Positions 20,743 through 29,945 of a stretch of DNA of 64,000 bases are shown piece by piece. Numbering within the stretch: position 1 is the stretch's first letter; the number at the start of each line of letters is the position of its first letter. The notes under the pieces were generated by a model that did not search any database, was not told the origin of the DNA, and worked only from the letters and a program-made list of their open reading frames with translations. Source of the DNA: Alphaproteobacteria bacterium (lineage in GTDB: Bacteria > Pseudomonadota > Alphaproteobacteria > MPNO01 > UBA2964). The stretch lies in assembly GCA_009377375.1 (NCBI GenBank), contig WHUE01000010.1, positions 2,591-66,590 on the forward strand, given 5' to 3'. Position numbers and translations under genes: made by a program.

Positions 20743-22253
20743 GCCGGCGCGCGCCCGGCCATCCAGGCAGTAAAGGCGAAGGCGGCGCCCATGACGAGCA
20801 TGGTGAGATCGAACCCGGCGAGCTCCCACATCGCCGCCGGCAGGGTGACGCCGAGATGCCTGTCGGTCGTCAGCGCGTTGAGGACGGGCAGCAGGCCGAA
20901 CGTGCCGGCGGCGATCCACATCTGTTCCACCCAGCCGCGCCGGGCGGGCCGGACGAAGGCGTGCAGCAGCATCGCGGCCCAGACGATGAACATGGCGTGC
21001 GCCTCCCACGCCGCGCGCCCCTCGATGCCCACCGGGATCAGCCGGTTGGCCCAGAAATAGGCGGCGACGGCGACCGGCAGTCCCATGATCGTGCCGATAT
21101 TCAGCCGCTCCACCAGCCGGAAGCCGAACGTATCGCCGATCCGCGCCCGCCGCTTCGCGGTCCACAGCACCAGCCCCGCCCCGATCATCGCCGTGCCCAT
21201 GAGGCCGGAGAGGAAATACAGCCAGCGCAGGACAGGGCCGGCGAACAGGCCTTCGTGGAGGCCGAGGAGGGTCTGATAGGCCGCGAAGGGCGCCGAGCGT
21301 TGCGCGGACGTGCGCAGCAGATCGCCCGTAACGCCGTCGAACTCCATGCTGGTGCGCGCCAGCGTGGGCGTCGGCGCGCCGCCGGTGACGACGATGCGGG
21401 CATTGGCGTCGCCGGGGTTGTAGAGGTTGATGAAGAGCAGCGCGCCGTTTTCGATTGCGTTTTCTGCCCGGCGCAGCACCGGCCCGAGCGGCGCAAGCGT
21501 CGCCGGATTGCCGGCACGCGCGACGATCCGGTCCCGGCCGGACAGCTCGTTGAAATAGGTATCGCGCGCGTCCGGCTGCACGCCGTAGCTCGCCGCTATC
21601 ACGGGCGCCATGTAGAGGTAGGCGAAGAAGATCAGCCCCGAATAGGCGATCATCAGGTGGAAGGGCAGGGCCAGCACGCCCAGCACGTTGTGGGCATCAA
21701 GCCAGGCGCGCTGCCCGGCGCCGCTGCGGAACGTGAAGAAGTCGCGAAAGAATCGCTTGTGGACGATCACACCAGTGACGATGGCGACGAGCATGAGCAT
21801 GGTGCAGACGCCGACAATCCAGTTCGCCGTCCGCGCCGGCAGGTAGTGGAGGTCGTAGTGCATCTGGTACAGGAGCTGACCGCCGCCGGTGGCGCGGCGC
21901 CGCACGGGCTCGCCGGTGACGGGGTCCAGATCGACGCGACCCGACGCGCCGTCCGCGCCCGACGGGGTGCGCCAGATCAGCGTCAACTCGGGTGCTCGGT
22001 GGCCGGGAAGGCCCATGAACCAGCGTTCCGCGTTCGGGGCCTCCGCCATGAGGCGCCGGAGGCCCATGGCGACCGCCGCCTCCATCGGGACCGCGGCCTG
22101 CGGCAACGGCCGTTCAGGCTGCATCCAGCGGTCGATCTCGGTATCGAAATAGCCGGCGGTGCCGGTCAGGAAGATGAAGAACGAGACCCAGCCGGCGACC
22201 AGTCCGGCCCAGATGTGCACCCACCCCATCGACTGGCGGAAGGCGCCTTTCAT
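20739..22253 (-). CDS. PepSY-associated TM-helix protein (PiuB-like iron-regulated membrane protein)
   Basis: 504 aa, polytopic, PepSY_TM-family sequence; start overlaps the DUF3649 stop (ATGA). Confidence 0.85.
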   Translation of the reverse strand: MKGAFRQSMGWVHIWAGLVAGWVSFFIFLTGTAGYFDTEIDRWMQPERPLPQAAVPMEAAVAMGLRRLMAEAPNAERWFMGLPGHRAPELTLIWRTPSGADGASGRVDLDPVTGEPVRRRATGGGQLLYQMHYDLHYLPARTANWIVGVCTMLMLVAIVTGVIVHKRFFRDFFTFRSGAGQRAWLDAHNVLGVLALPFHLMIAYSGLIFFAYLYMAPVIAASYGVQPDARDTYFNELSGRDRIVARAGNPATLAPLGPVLRRAENAIENGALLFINLYNPGDANARIVVTGGAPTPTLARTSMEFDGVTGDLLRTSAQRSAPFAAYQTLLGLHEGLFAGPVLRWLYFLSGLMGTAMIGAGLVLWTAKRRARIGDTFGFRLVERLNIGTIMGLPVAVAAYFWANRLIPVGIEGRAAWEAHAMFIVWAAMLLHAFVRPARRGWVEQMWIAAGTFGLLPVLNALTTDRHLGVTLPAAMWELAGFDLTMLVMGAAFAFTAWMAGRAPA

Positions 22254-22537
22254 GGCGCTGGGTTAGCGGGCAGCAGGACCCACAGCGCCAAGCAGCCCGC
22301 CGTCGCTGCGCCGATTCCCAGCCACATCCGCGTCAGAGACCGTTCGGCGAACACCCAGAGAATCGCGGCGAGGTAGACCGCGAAGCTCGCCAGCAGCCCC
22401 GATACGACGGCGTCGGGCCGGGCCAGCGGCAGCGCGGAGGACAGGCAGACCGAAACGGCGATGGCCAGCGCATAGCCGCCGAGCCCTGCGGCGGCCAGGC
22501 GCTGGAGAACCTCGCCGGTTCGATGCGGCCTTTTCAT
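22250..22537 (-). CDS. DUF3649 small membrane protein
   Basis: 95 aa with 3 TM helices; conserved partner between TonB-dependent receptor and PepSY genes; stop overlaps the PepSY start. Confidence 0.6.
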   Translation of the reverse strand: MKRPHRTGEVLQRLAAAGLGGYALAIAVSVCLSSALPLARPDAVVSGLLASFAVYLAAILWVFAERSLTRMWLGIGAATAGCLALWVLLPANPAP

Positions 22538-22544
22538 GGGCCGC

Positions 22545-25037
22545 CTAGAAGTCGCTTTTCACGGACAGCTTGAAGGTGCGCGGGTCCCTCGCGACCACCC
22601 CGCCGAACCTGGGACCGGCCCATTCATTGGAGTCGAAAACATTGGTGACGTTGAAACGGACCGTGACGGGCGTTCCGTATGCGGTAACCGCATAGCGCGC
22701 GCCAAGGTCGAGCTGGGCCCAGTCGGGAATCTCCTGCGTGTTCGCCTGGTCCACGTACTGCTCGGACGCGTAGCTCAGAAAGCCCGTCAGCGTCATCCCC
22801 TCGACGAACGGCGTATCCCACTCGGCCCCGAGCCGCGCCTGCCACTCGGGCACGAGCGCCTTGTTGCCTTCGTTCACGCCTCCGGCCGTTTCGGTAAGGA
22901 CCGCATTCAGGAAGCTCACGCCGCCGAGAAGCCTGATGCCCTTGGCGATCTCGCCGAAAAGGCCGACCTCGACGCCCCGGTGACGCTGCTCTCCGTCGAC
23001 GCTGAATATGTTCGTCGCCGGGTCGGTGATGGCGCTCGGCAGCGTAGTCTGGAACACGGCAAGGGTAGCGGCAAACCTGCCGAAATCCACCTTCACGCCC
23101 GCCTCGTACGATTCGGTCGTGAAGGGCGCGAACACGTCGCCGGCGTTCGCGGTACCGGTCGGCGCGGTCTGGCCCCGTTCCAGGCCCTCGATGTAGCTGG
23201 CATACAGCGACACGTTCTGCCACGGCTTAACCACCAGCCCGACCATCGGCGTAACGGTGTCCTCGTCATAGATGCTCGTGGCGTCTCCGGTAGTGGTGTT
23301 GTAGTTGGTGAGGTCGATCCGCTGATGGCGGACGCCGACCGTGAGCTGCACGCGCTCCTCCAGGATCGACATTGTGTCGCCCAGCACGAAGGATGTGAGC
23401 TCCGCATCGAAGCCTTTCCTCGTGTCGTCGAGGTCGGGCGCCAGTGTAGCGGGCACCGTGGCGAGGTTCGGGTTGTAGATGCTGGAAGCAGGTATGGCCG
23501 ATGTCGTCAGCGCCCGCGCCTGGTACTCCTGTTGCCATGCAAAGGCTGCCACAGCCTGGTGTTGCACGGGCCCGGTCTGAAGCGCCGCCCTCGCGCCGGC
23601 GGTCGACGTCCAGTTGTGCATTTCCCGCGTGAAACCAATCATGTTGCCGGCGGAAAGCGTTCCATCGACATTGTTGATCTGACGACTGGAAAAGGCGCTC
23701 TGGCGCTCGGTCTGGGCGCCGCCGGCCTTGATGAAGGCGGTAACGCCCCCGGTAATGTCGAACTCGCCGTGCAGCGCGCCGTAGTAGCCGGTGACATCGT
23801 TGAACTCGGTGGGCGCGTTCCAGTTCGTCCGTGTATCCGGTGGGCTCGGAACAAACGCAAGGCCGTTGGCGACGCCGAGCTGGAACCGGCCCCCCTGGGT
23901 GTGCATCTCCTGGTATCCGAGATCCGCCGCCAGCCGGAACCGGTCGCCCCGATAGTCGGCCGCCAGAACCGCCAGACGCGAGTCCCTGGACGCGTGGTCG
24001 ATCGGCAGGTCGCCGGCGAGAAGAGCGCCATTGACCCGGACGCCGAACTCCTTGTTCTTGCCGAACCGCCGCCCGACGTCCCCATGCGCGCCCACCTGGC
24101 TGTCGGAGACATAGGAGCCGGTGAGGCTCGTCAGCGGCTCGTCCTCGGCCCGTTTCGGCACAAGGTTGACGACGCCGCCGATGCTGGTGCCGGAGGTGGG
24201 CGAGGCTGCACCGTTCAGCAGCCCGCTCGGTCCGCGCAACAGCTCGACCCGTTCCGTTGCCTCGAGGCTTCCCGTGCTTTCGAGCTGGAAAAGGCTCAGC
24301 CCCGGCAGGCCGTCGTACAGGTAGCTGCTCGGGTTGGAATCGAAGCCCCTGATGGAGACGTTGTAGAAGCCGGTGCTCGCGGGCTGTCCGATGACGACGG
24401 ACGGATCGGCGCGCAGCACGTCGTCGATGTAGGTCGCCTGCCGGTCCTCGATGAACTTCGCCGTGAAGCTGGTCTGGCTGAACGGCGTATCCATCATGTC
24501 CTTGTTGCCGAGGACGCCGAGCTTGCCGCCGCGTGCGATCTGGCCAGCGGTGCCTTCAAGCACGGGCGGCAGGTTACCGATCTCGGCTTGGTGCGTGGAC
24601 GCCCGTCCCTCGACGGTGATGGGGTTCAGCGTCATCGCGCCCGACTCGTCCTCGATCCTCGTCAGTGTCACGGCGCGGTCGCCGGCGGGGCGCCACGTAA
24701 TGCCGGTGCCACCGAGCAGGATGTTCAGCGCCTCCGCCGGCGTGTGGCGGCCGGACACGGCGCGGGAGCGCTGGCCCTGGGCGAGGGGGCTGGGGTAGGT
24801 GAGCTGCCAGCCGGACTGGCGGCCGAACGCGGTCAGCGCCTCCGGCAGGGGCTGGGCCGGGATATCGAACCGCAGGGCGTTCTCCGCCTGGGCCTGCTGC
24901 AGCGCGGCCGCGTCCAGAGGCACCGCGATGCCGGGCGCGTCCGCGGGCAGGGCGCCGCCGGCCCCCGCCGCCCTTGCGTCCGCGGGGAAAAGGGCGGCCC
25001 ACAGCACGGCTGCGGCCATGCCGCCCCGCATAACCAT
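22545..25037 (-). CDS. TonB-dependent siderophore receptor with N-terminal signalling (STN) domain, FecA/FpvA-like transducer
   Basis: Signal peptide ending ADARA, N-terminal FDIPAQPLPEALTAFGRQSGWQLTY secretin/TonB N-terminal box, plug and 22-strand barrel, C-terminal aromatic residue. Start at MVMRGG with GGAGGG 10 nt upstream. Confidence 0.9.
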   Translation of the reverse strand: MVMRGGMAAAVLWAALFPADARAAGAGGALPADAPGIAVPLDAAALQQAQAENALRFDIPAQPLPEALTAFGRQSGWQLTYPSPLAQGQRSRAVSGRHTPAEALNILLGGTGITWRPAGDRAVTLTRIEDESGAMTLNPITVEGRASTHQAEIGNLPPVLEGTAGQIARGGKLGVLGNKDMMDTPFSQTSFTAKFIEDRQATYIDDVLRADPSVVIGQPASTGFYNVSIRGFDSNPSSYLYDGLPGLSLFQLESTGSLEATERVELLRGPSGLLNGAASPTSGTSIGGVVNLVPKRAEDEPLTSLTGSYVSDSQVGAHGDVGRRFGKNKEFGVRVNGALLAGDLPIDHASRDSRLAVLAADYRGDRFRLAADLGYQEMHTQGGRFQLGVANGLAFVPSPPDTRTNWNAPTEFNDVTGYYGALHGEFDITGGVTAFIKAGGAQTERQSAFSSRQINNVDGTLSAGNMIGFTREMHNWTSTAGARAALQTGPVQHQAVAAFAWQQEYQARALTTSAIPASSIYNPNLATVPATLAPDLDDTRKGFDAELTSFVLGDTMSILEERVQLTVGVRHQRIDLTNYNTTTGDATSIYDEDTVTPMVGLVVKPWQNVSLYASYIEGLERGQTAPTGTANAGDVFAPFTTESYEAGVKVDFGRFAATLAVFQTTLPSAITDPATNIFSVDGEQRHRGVEVGLFGEIAKGIRLLGGVSFLNAVLTETAGGVNEGNKALVPEWQARLGAEWDTPFVEGMTLTGFLSYASEQYVDQANTQEIPDWAQLDLGARYAVTAYGTPVTVRFNVTNVFDSNEWAGPRFGGVVARDPRTFKLSVKSDF

Positions 25038-25232
25038 GCCCGGTGTTCCCTCCGTTTGCCTGTCCATGATCGCCCCAGCCTTCCATGTGCCTGTTTATGA
25101 GAATGCGACTTACTCGCATCGGTTCACGGTAGAGACGGATGGGGACAGGGAATGGTGAACAGGTTTTTTCTGAGGGACCGGCGCAGGTCTTCTTACACCA
25201 ACCGGCGCGGTCGCCATCCTTCCGGGCCAGTC

Positions 25233-26231
25233 TCAGCGGCCGGAGACGACCAGCAGCCAGGGGCCGACCTGCGTCACGCGCCCGCCATGCGATTGCGCCA
25301 CCGAACGCACGGCCTCTGCCGGCCGGGCGAGGTCGTAGAAGCCGCTGACGCGCTGCGCGCCCAGCGCCTCGTCTCGGAGCAGGATGACGCCGCGATGATA
25401 GCGGCCGAGCTCGTCCAGCACCTCGGCGATGGTCCAGCCGTCGACCACGAGCTGCCCGCGGCGCCAGGCGGCGATGGTGTCTGGCGCCGGTGTCTCGCGG
25501 CGCACGGCGCGGGTGCGTCGGTCTATGCGCACGGCCTCGCCGCGCCCGAGACCGTCGCGCGGGCCCACATCGCGCCCCGCCATGCGGACCGCCACGCGGC
25601 CCTGCTCCACCGCCACATCGACGGCCGCCCCGTCGAGCCGGACATCGAACCGCGTTCCCAGCACCTCGATGCGGGCCGGTCCGGCGGCCACGGCGAAGGG
25701 GCGGGCTGCGTCGCGCCTGACGTCGAAATACGCGCGGCCGCGCAGCAGCGCGACGTTCCGCCTGTCCGCTTCATAGGTCACGCGCAGCGCGGTATCGGTG
25801 TCGAGCTGCATGCGGCTGCCGTCGGGCAGCGCGACGGTCCGAGTCTCTCCCGTCCCGGTCGCGTGGTCGGCCGTGAGATCGCGAAAGCCGCCCGTCGCGG
25901 CGTAGAGCGCGAGCCCGGCGGCCAGCGCGCCGCCGCCCGCCAGCCATTGCCGCCGGCTGAGGACCGCCGGACGCCGGGGCGCGAGCGGCGGGGCGGCGCC
26001 TGGCGCAGGCAGATGCCGCCATTGCTCGCCGAACGCCGGCGGCATATGCGGGGCGGCCGACCAGATACGGCGGACCTGCGCGTAGGCGTCTGCATGCGCG
26101 CCGCTTTCCGCCAGCCACGCCCGGAAGGCGGCGTCGAGCTCGGCGTCCTCGGGCCGGCGCTCGATTTCCGCGAGCCAGTCGAAGGCCGCCTCCCATATCC
26201 TGTCGTCGATCTCGTCCGGACGTTGGGTCAT
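25233..26231 (-). CDS. fecR: FecR-family anti-sigma factor / transmembrane sensor
   Basis: 332 aa with an N-terminal sigma-binding region, one TM helix (WLAGGGALAAGLALYA) and a periplasmic FecR domain. Confidence 0.85.
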   Translation of the reverse strand: MTQRPDEIDDRIWEAAFDWLAEIERRPEDAELDAAFRAWLAESGAHADAYAQVRRIWSAAPHMPPAFGEQWRHLPAPGAAPPLAPRRPAVLSRRQWLAGGGALAAGLALYAATGGFRDLTADHATGTGETRTVALPDGSRMQLDTDTALRVTYEADRRNVALLRGRAYFDVRRDAARPFAVAAGPARIEVLGTRFDVRLDGAAVDVAVEQGRVAVRMAGRDVGPRDGLGRGEAVRIDRRTRAVRRETPAPDTIAAWRRGQLVVDGWTIAEVLDELGRYHRGVILLRDEALGAQRVSGFYDLARPAEAVRSVAQSHGGRVTQVGPWLLVVSGR

Positions 26232-26256
26232 CAGGGCGTCCTGCTCGGAATCCGTC

Positions 26257-26294
26257 CGAAAGCCCGCTTCCCGGCTAGCGCCGGAAGGCTTTCG
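26257..26294. promoter_or_regulatory. 38-nt imperfect hairpin between fecI and fecR
   Basis: CGAAAGCC-CGCTTCCCGGC-tag-CGCCGGAAG-GCTTTCG: nested inverted repeats with one bulged C and no U-tract. Confidence 0.3.
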
Positions 26295-26361
26295 CCGCTC
26301 ACTGGATCAGACGGTTGACGCAGGCCCGGTGTGAACCGGAAAGATGGCGACGGCCCACTGC

Positions 26362-26904
26362 TCAACGCGGAGTCCAGGATCGGTGCAGCCGCTTGCTGCA
26401 ATGGACCGTCGCCTGGCGCAGCAGGCGGTAGGCGAACCCGGCCGAGATATCGAGAGCGGCCGCGATCTCGTCGACCGAATGGCCGCCGATGCGGTTCATC
26501 TCGAACACCAGCCGCGTGCGGTCGGGCAGTCCGGCCAGTGCCTCCGCCAGCTCGCGCAGCATGTCCTGCGTGATTGCGTCCTGCTCGGGCGTGGGCGCGG
26601 CGCTGGGGACGGCCAGCGGAACGTCCTCCCTCGCGCCGTAGCGGATTTCCAGGGCAAGCCTGCGGGCGCGGTCGATGGCGAGGTTGCGGACAAGGCGGAA
26701 CAGGTAGGAGGCGGGCTGGCGGATTTCGTTGCCGGGCGGCAATTCAGCCAGCCTGATCCAGGCGTCCTGCACCACGTCCTGGGCGCGGAACCGGCAGCCG
26801 AGCACGGGCGCGACAGAATCCACCAGCGCCGCATAATGCGTCAGATAGGCCGCTTCCAGCGGATTGCCCCGGTTCGGTTTGGATCGCTGCACCATCGTCC
26901 CCAT
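26362..26904 (-). CDS. fecI: ECF sigma factor, FecI-like
   Basis: 180 aa with sigma-70 regions 2 and 4 (FRLVRNLAIDRARR..., SVDEIAAALDISAGFAYRLL). Confidence 0.85.
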   Translation of the reverse strand: MGTMVQRSKPNRGNPLEAAYLTHYAALVDSVAPVLGCRFRAQDVVQDAWIRLAELPPGNEIRQPASYLFRLVRNLAIDRARRLALEIRYGAREDVPLAVPSAAPTPEQDAITQDMLRELAEALAGLPDRTRLVFEMNRIGGHSVDEIAAALDISAGFAYRLLRQATVHCSKRLHRSWTPR

Positions 26905-26960
26905 CGGCCCGATTCCGCCGCCGTCGGGACAGACCCGCGGCGCGCCGTGCCGATATCTTA

Positions 26961-26979
26961 AATGAGAACGATTCTCATT
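26961..26979. promoter_or_regulatory. Fur-box-like palindrome AATGAGAA-cga-TTCTCATT upstream of fecI
   Basis: Perfect 8-bp arms with a 3-bp spacer in an AT-rich patch about 57 bp upstream of the fecI start; resembles TGAxAAT-N-ATTxTCA Fur/iron boxes. Confidence 0.45.
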
Positions 26980-27018
26980 TCTACAGGGCAGGAACGACGT
27001 TCGCGGCGGGCGCGAGGG

Positions 27019-28539
27019 TCAGACAGCCGGCGTGGCGAAGAGCAGCGACTTGATGATCAGGGGGACGACCTTCGTGGCCTTGATCACCTCGCCGAGATCG
27101 ATGAAGTCGAACTCGTGCAGGTGGACGTTGTCGATGGAGATGACCTCGCCCTTCACGCCCAGCTCGCGGGACAGGATGTTGCCCAGCGTCCTGCCGGCGT
27201 CGCCGTCCATCACCGTGATCAGCGGATGCGCGGCGTCGGCCACCGTCTTCGGCAGCCCGGCGCAGATGCCGGAGGCGAGGGCGTGCAGCCGCGCATGCAG
27301 CGGATCGCCGCCCCAGTTGAAGGCCAGCGCGAGGCGGTCTTCGCCCTCCACCATGTCGAGCCGCTCCAGCGCGGCCCGGATCGACTCCGTCACCTGCACG
27401 GCGGTGAAATCCCCGGTCAGGTCCACGTCGAGCCGGGCGACCGGCACGTTGCGGATCGGCAGGTTCTCCGGCTCGGAGATGAAGATCGTGTTGCCGCTGA
27501 CCTGCACCGTGAACTGCGAGGCGCCGACCACGGTGGCGCGGATGCCCTGGCCCGGATCGTAGACCGGGTAGGGGACGGTCTTGTGGCCGAGCTGGTGGCG
27601 CAATTCGTTGGCGAGGTCGAGGCCGAGATCGTCGTGGTCCTCCGTCTCGCGGCCGTAGATGAATTCCGACACCCCGCCGGAAAACGTCACCGCGTCGATG
27701 GCCGGCGTCTGCGGCAGCATCTCGACCAGCGACAACGCCTTGCAGAGCGGATCGTCCGGCTTGCGGTTGGCGTAGGCGCAGATGACCTGCACCATGCGCT
27801 TGACCAGCGCCTTGCGGTCCGCGGCGGGCAGCGCCTCGCCCATCTTCAGGGTAAGGCCGATATCCGCGGCCACCTGCTCGGCCGGTCCCTCGATGCGTTC
27901 CATCCGGTCCGCGGCGTCGAACGCCACCAGCCGGCCGCCGACGGCGAAGGCCGAAGTGGCGAGCAGCCGGCCGCCATGGGCCAGCGCCAGCTTCACCGTC
28001 CCGCCGCCGATATCGACGTTGAGCACGGTCTTGTGCTCCGCCCGCGACAGCGCCACCGCGCCGGAGCCGTGCGCCGCCATCACGGCTTCCAGATGGTGGC
28101 CGGCGGAGGCGCAGACGAACTTGCCGGATTCCTCCGCGAACAGGTCGGCGATGGCGCGGGCGTTGACGCGCTTCAGCGCCTCGCCGGTCAGGATCACCGC
28201 GCCGGTGTCGATGTCGTCGGGTCGCAGCCCCGCTTCCCGGAACGCGCCCTCGAAGAACGCCTTCAGCTCGTCGGAATCGATGGTGTAGTCCGGCCGGTAC
28301 GGTGTCAGCAGGATGGGCGAGCGCCACAGAACCTCGCGGTTGACGACGACGAAACGACTGGAGTGGCCTTCGGACAGGCGCTGCAGATGGACCTTGGCGA
28401 ACATCAGATGCGAGGTGGAGGAGCCGACATCGACGCCGACCGTGGTCAGCTCCACATTGTCCTGCGCCCAGATGGTGTTCGCCATCTCGGCTTCCTGCTC
28501 CGGCGTCATGTGCATGTGTTCGAAGCCGAGATCGTGCAT
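27019..28539 (-). CDS. eutA: EutA-family protein (ethanolamine ammonia-lyase reactivase-like ASKHA ATPase), stand-alone
   Basis: VGVDVGSSTSHLMFA...DIGGGTVKLA... EutA motifs. The N-terminal 88 codons of ORF 27019..28803 are Arg/Pro-rich junk. Start at MHDLGF; MHMT 8 codons later is also possible. No eutB or eutC in the window. Confidence 0.75.
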   Translation of the reverse strand: MHDLGFEHMHMTPEQEAEMANTIWAQDNVELTTVGVDVGSSTSHLMFAKVHLQRLSEGHSSRFVVVNREVLWRSPILLTPYRPDYTIDSDELKAFFEGAFREAGLRPDDIDTGAVILTGEALKRVNARAIADLFAEESGKFVCASAGHHLEAVMAAHGSGAVALSRAEHKTVLNVDIGGGTVKLALAHGGRLLATSAFAVGGRLVAFDAADRMERIEGPAEQVAADIGLTLKMGEALPAADRKALVKRMVQVICAYANRKPDDPLCKALSLVEMLPQTPAIDAVTFSGGVSEFIYGRETEDHDDLGLDLANELRHQLGHKTVPYPVYDPGQGIRATVVGASQFTVQVSGNTIFISEPENLPIRNVPVARLDVDLTGDFTAVQVTESIRAALERLDMVEGEDRLALAFNWGGDPLHARLHALASGICAGLPKTVADAAHPLITVMDGDAGRTLGNILSRELGVKGEVISIDNVHLHEFDFIDLGEVIKATKVVPLIIKSLLFATPAV

Positions 28540-28775
28540 GGGGGGAGGCCTGCCTTTTCTGGATCGGAGACTGCCGCCGCGACCGGGCAGCCGTGGAAAC
28601 GCTGAGTTATCTAACGATACAGACGTTTTGGTACACCAACCGCACCCGCCGTGCAAACGGGGCGGCGGTTTCGGGACGATCATGTCCCGGGACGATTTCC
28701 ACGGCCTTGCGGACAGCGTAATATGAAATAAAGGCAACAATATCTTCGACAACGGATTTTCAGGGAGGGACGAGC

Positions 28776-29822
28776 ATGATCGGTTACGTAAAGGGAGCAG
28801 CACTTGCCGCGGCCGCGGCGGCTGTCGTCGCTCTGCCGGCGAGGGCGGACGCGGTGGCCGACTTCTACAAGGGCAAGCAGATCGTGTTTCAGGTCGGGTT
28901 CGGCGCGGGCGGCGGGTACGACACCAATGCGCGCATCGTCGCCCGCCATTTCGGCAGGCATGTGCCCGGCAACCCGTCGGTCATCGTGCAGAACGTTCCC
29001 GGCGCCGGCAGCATGGCGCTCGCAAACAGCCTGTACAACACCGCGCCGAAGGACGGCAGGATACTCGGCATCTTTTCGTCGGTGGTCGCCATGGTGCCGC
29101 TCTACGGCAAGCGTCCGGAGGCGAAATTCGAGACCGACAAGTTCGAATGGGTCGGCAGCCTGCACCGGGATATCCAGGGATGCGGCGTGTGGAAGGGCGC
29201 CGGCCAGGGAATCCGGACGATCCCCGACCTCGTCAAGGCGAAGGAGACCGTCGTGTTCGGGTCGAACGGCCCCACCAATCCGCTGACCGTCTTTCCGCTG
29301 TTCATGAAAAACGCCCTCGGCGCAAACCTGAAGGTCGTTCATGGGTACAAGGGCACCAAGGAGATCAACCTCGCCATGCAGAAGGGCGAGCTGCACGGCA
29401 CCTGCGGCATGTTCGAGGCATCGGTGCGCAACGCGTTCATGCAGGATTTCGAGGCTGGCAATCTCGTGATCTTCGCCCAGTTCGGCGTGACGCGTAAGGT
29501 GCCGCTCTTCGCCGGGGCCACCAATATCTTCGATGTCCTCCAGTCGGAGGAGCACAAGAAGATGGCGCGGCTGGTTTTCGGGCCGGCCGAGATGACCCGG
29601 CCGCTCGCGGCGCCGCCCGGCACGCCGAAGGCGCGGGTCGACGCGCTGCGAAAGGCTCTGCTGGACACGATGAAGGATCCTGCGTTGCGGGCCGATGCGA
29701 GCAAGATCAAGGTCAAGTTCGCGCCCATTCCGGGCGAGGAGGTCACGGCGAATTTCCGGGAGTATTTCGCGACCCCGCGCGAGGTTGTCGACAAGACCTA
29801 CGATTTCATTTCCAGGATGTGA
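28776..29822 (+). CDS. Bug/TctC-family periplasmic substrate-binding protein (paralog 2)
   Basis: Signal peptide MIGYVKGAALAAAAAAVVALPARADA and TctC-family body; GGGAGGG RBS. Confidence 0.85.
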   Translation: MIGYVKGAALAAAAAAVVALPARADAVADFYKGKQIVFQVGFGAGGGYDTNARIVARHFGRHVPGNPSVIVQNVPGAGSMALANSLYNTAPKDGRILGIFSSVVAMVPLYGKRPEAKFETDKFEWVGSLHRDIQGCGVWKGAGQGIRTIPDLVKAKETVVFGSNGPTNPLTVFPLFMKNALGANLKVVHGYKGTKEINLAMQKGELHGTCGMFEASVRNAFMQDFEAGNLVIFAQFGVTRKVPLFAGATNIFDVLQSEEHKKMARLVFGPAEMTRPLAAPPGTPKARVDALRKALLDTMKDPALRADASKIKVKFAPIPGEEVTANFREYFATPREVVDKTYDFISRM

Positions 29823-29945
29823 ACGTGACTCCCGCCGCGCCGCCCTGCTGCCCGAAGCGGCGCGGCGGCGCGCCGGTCCGATAGCCGATTCCGCCCGGCG
29901 CCGCTTCGGCCCGGCAATCGAAGCAGAACGACGGGATGAGGGAAG

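Noticed and set aside
22536-25100. 854-aa plus-strand ORF
   Set aside because: It is antisense to the TonB-dependent receptor gene, a typical long open frame in the complement of GC-rich coding sequence.
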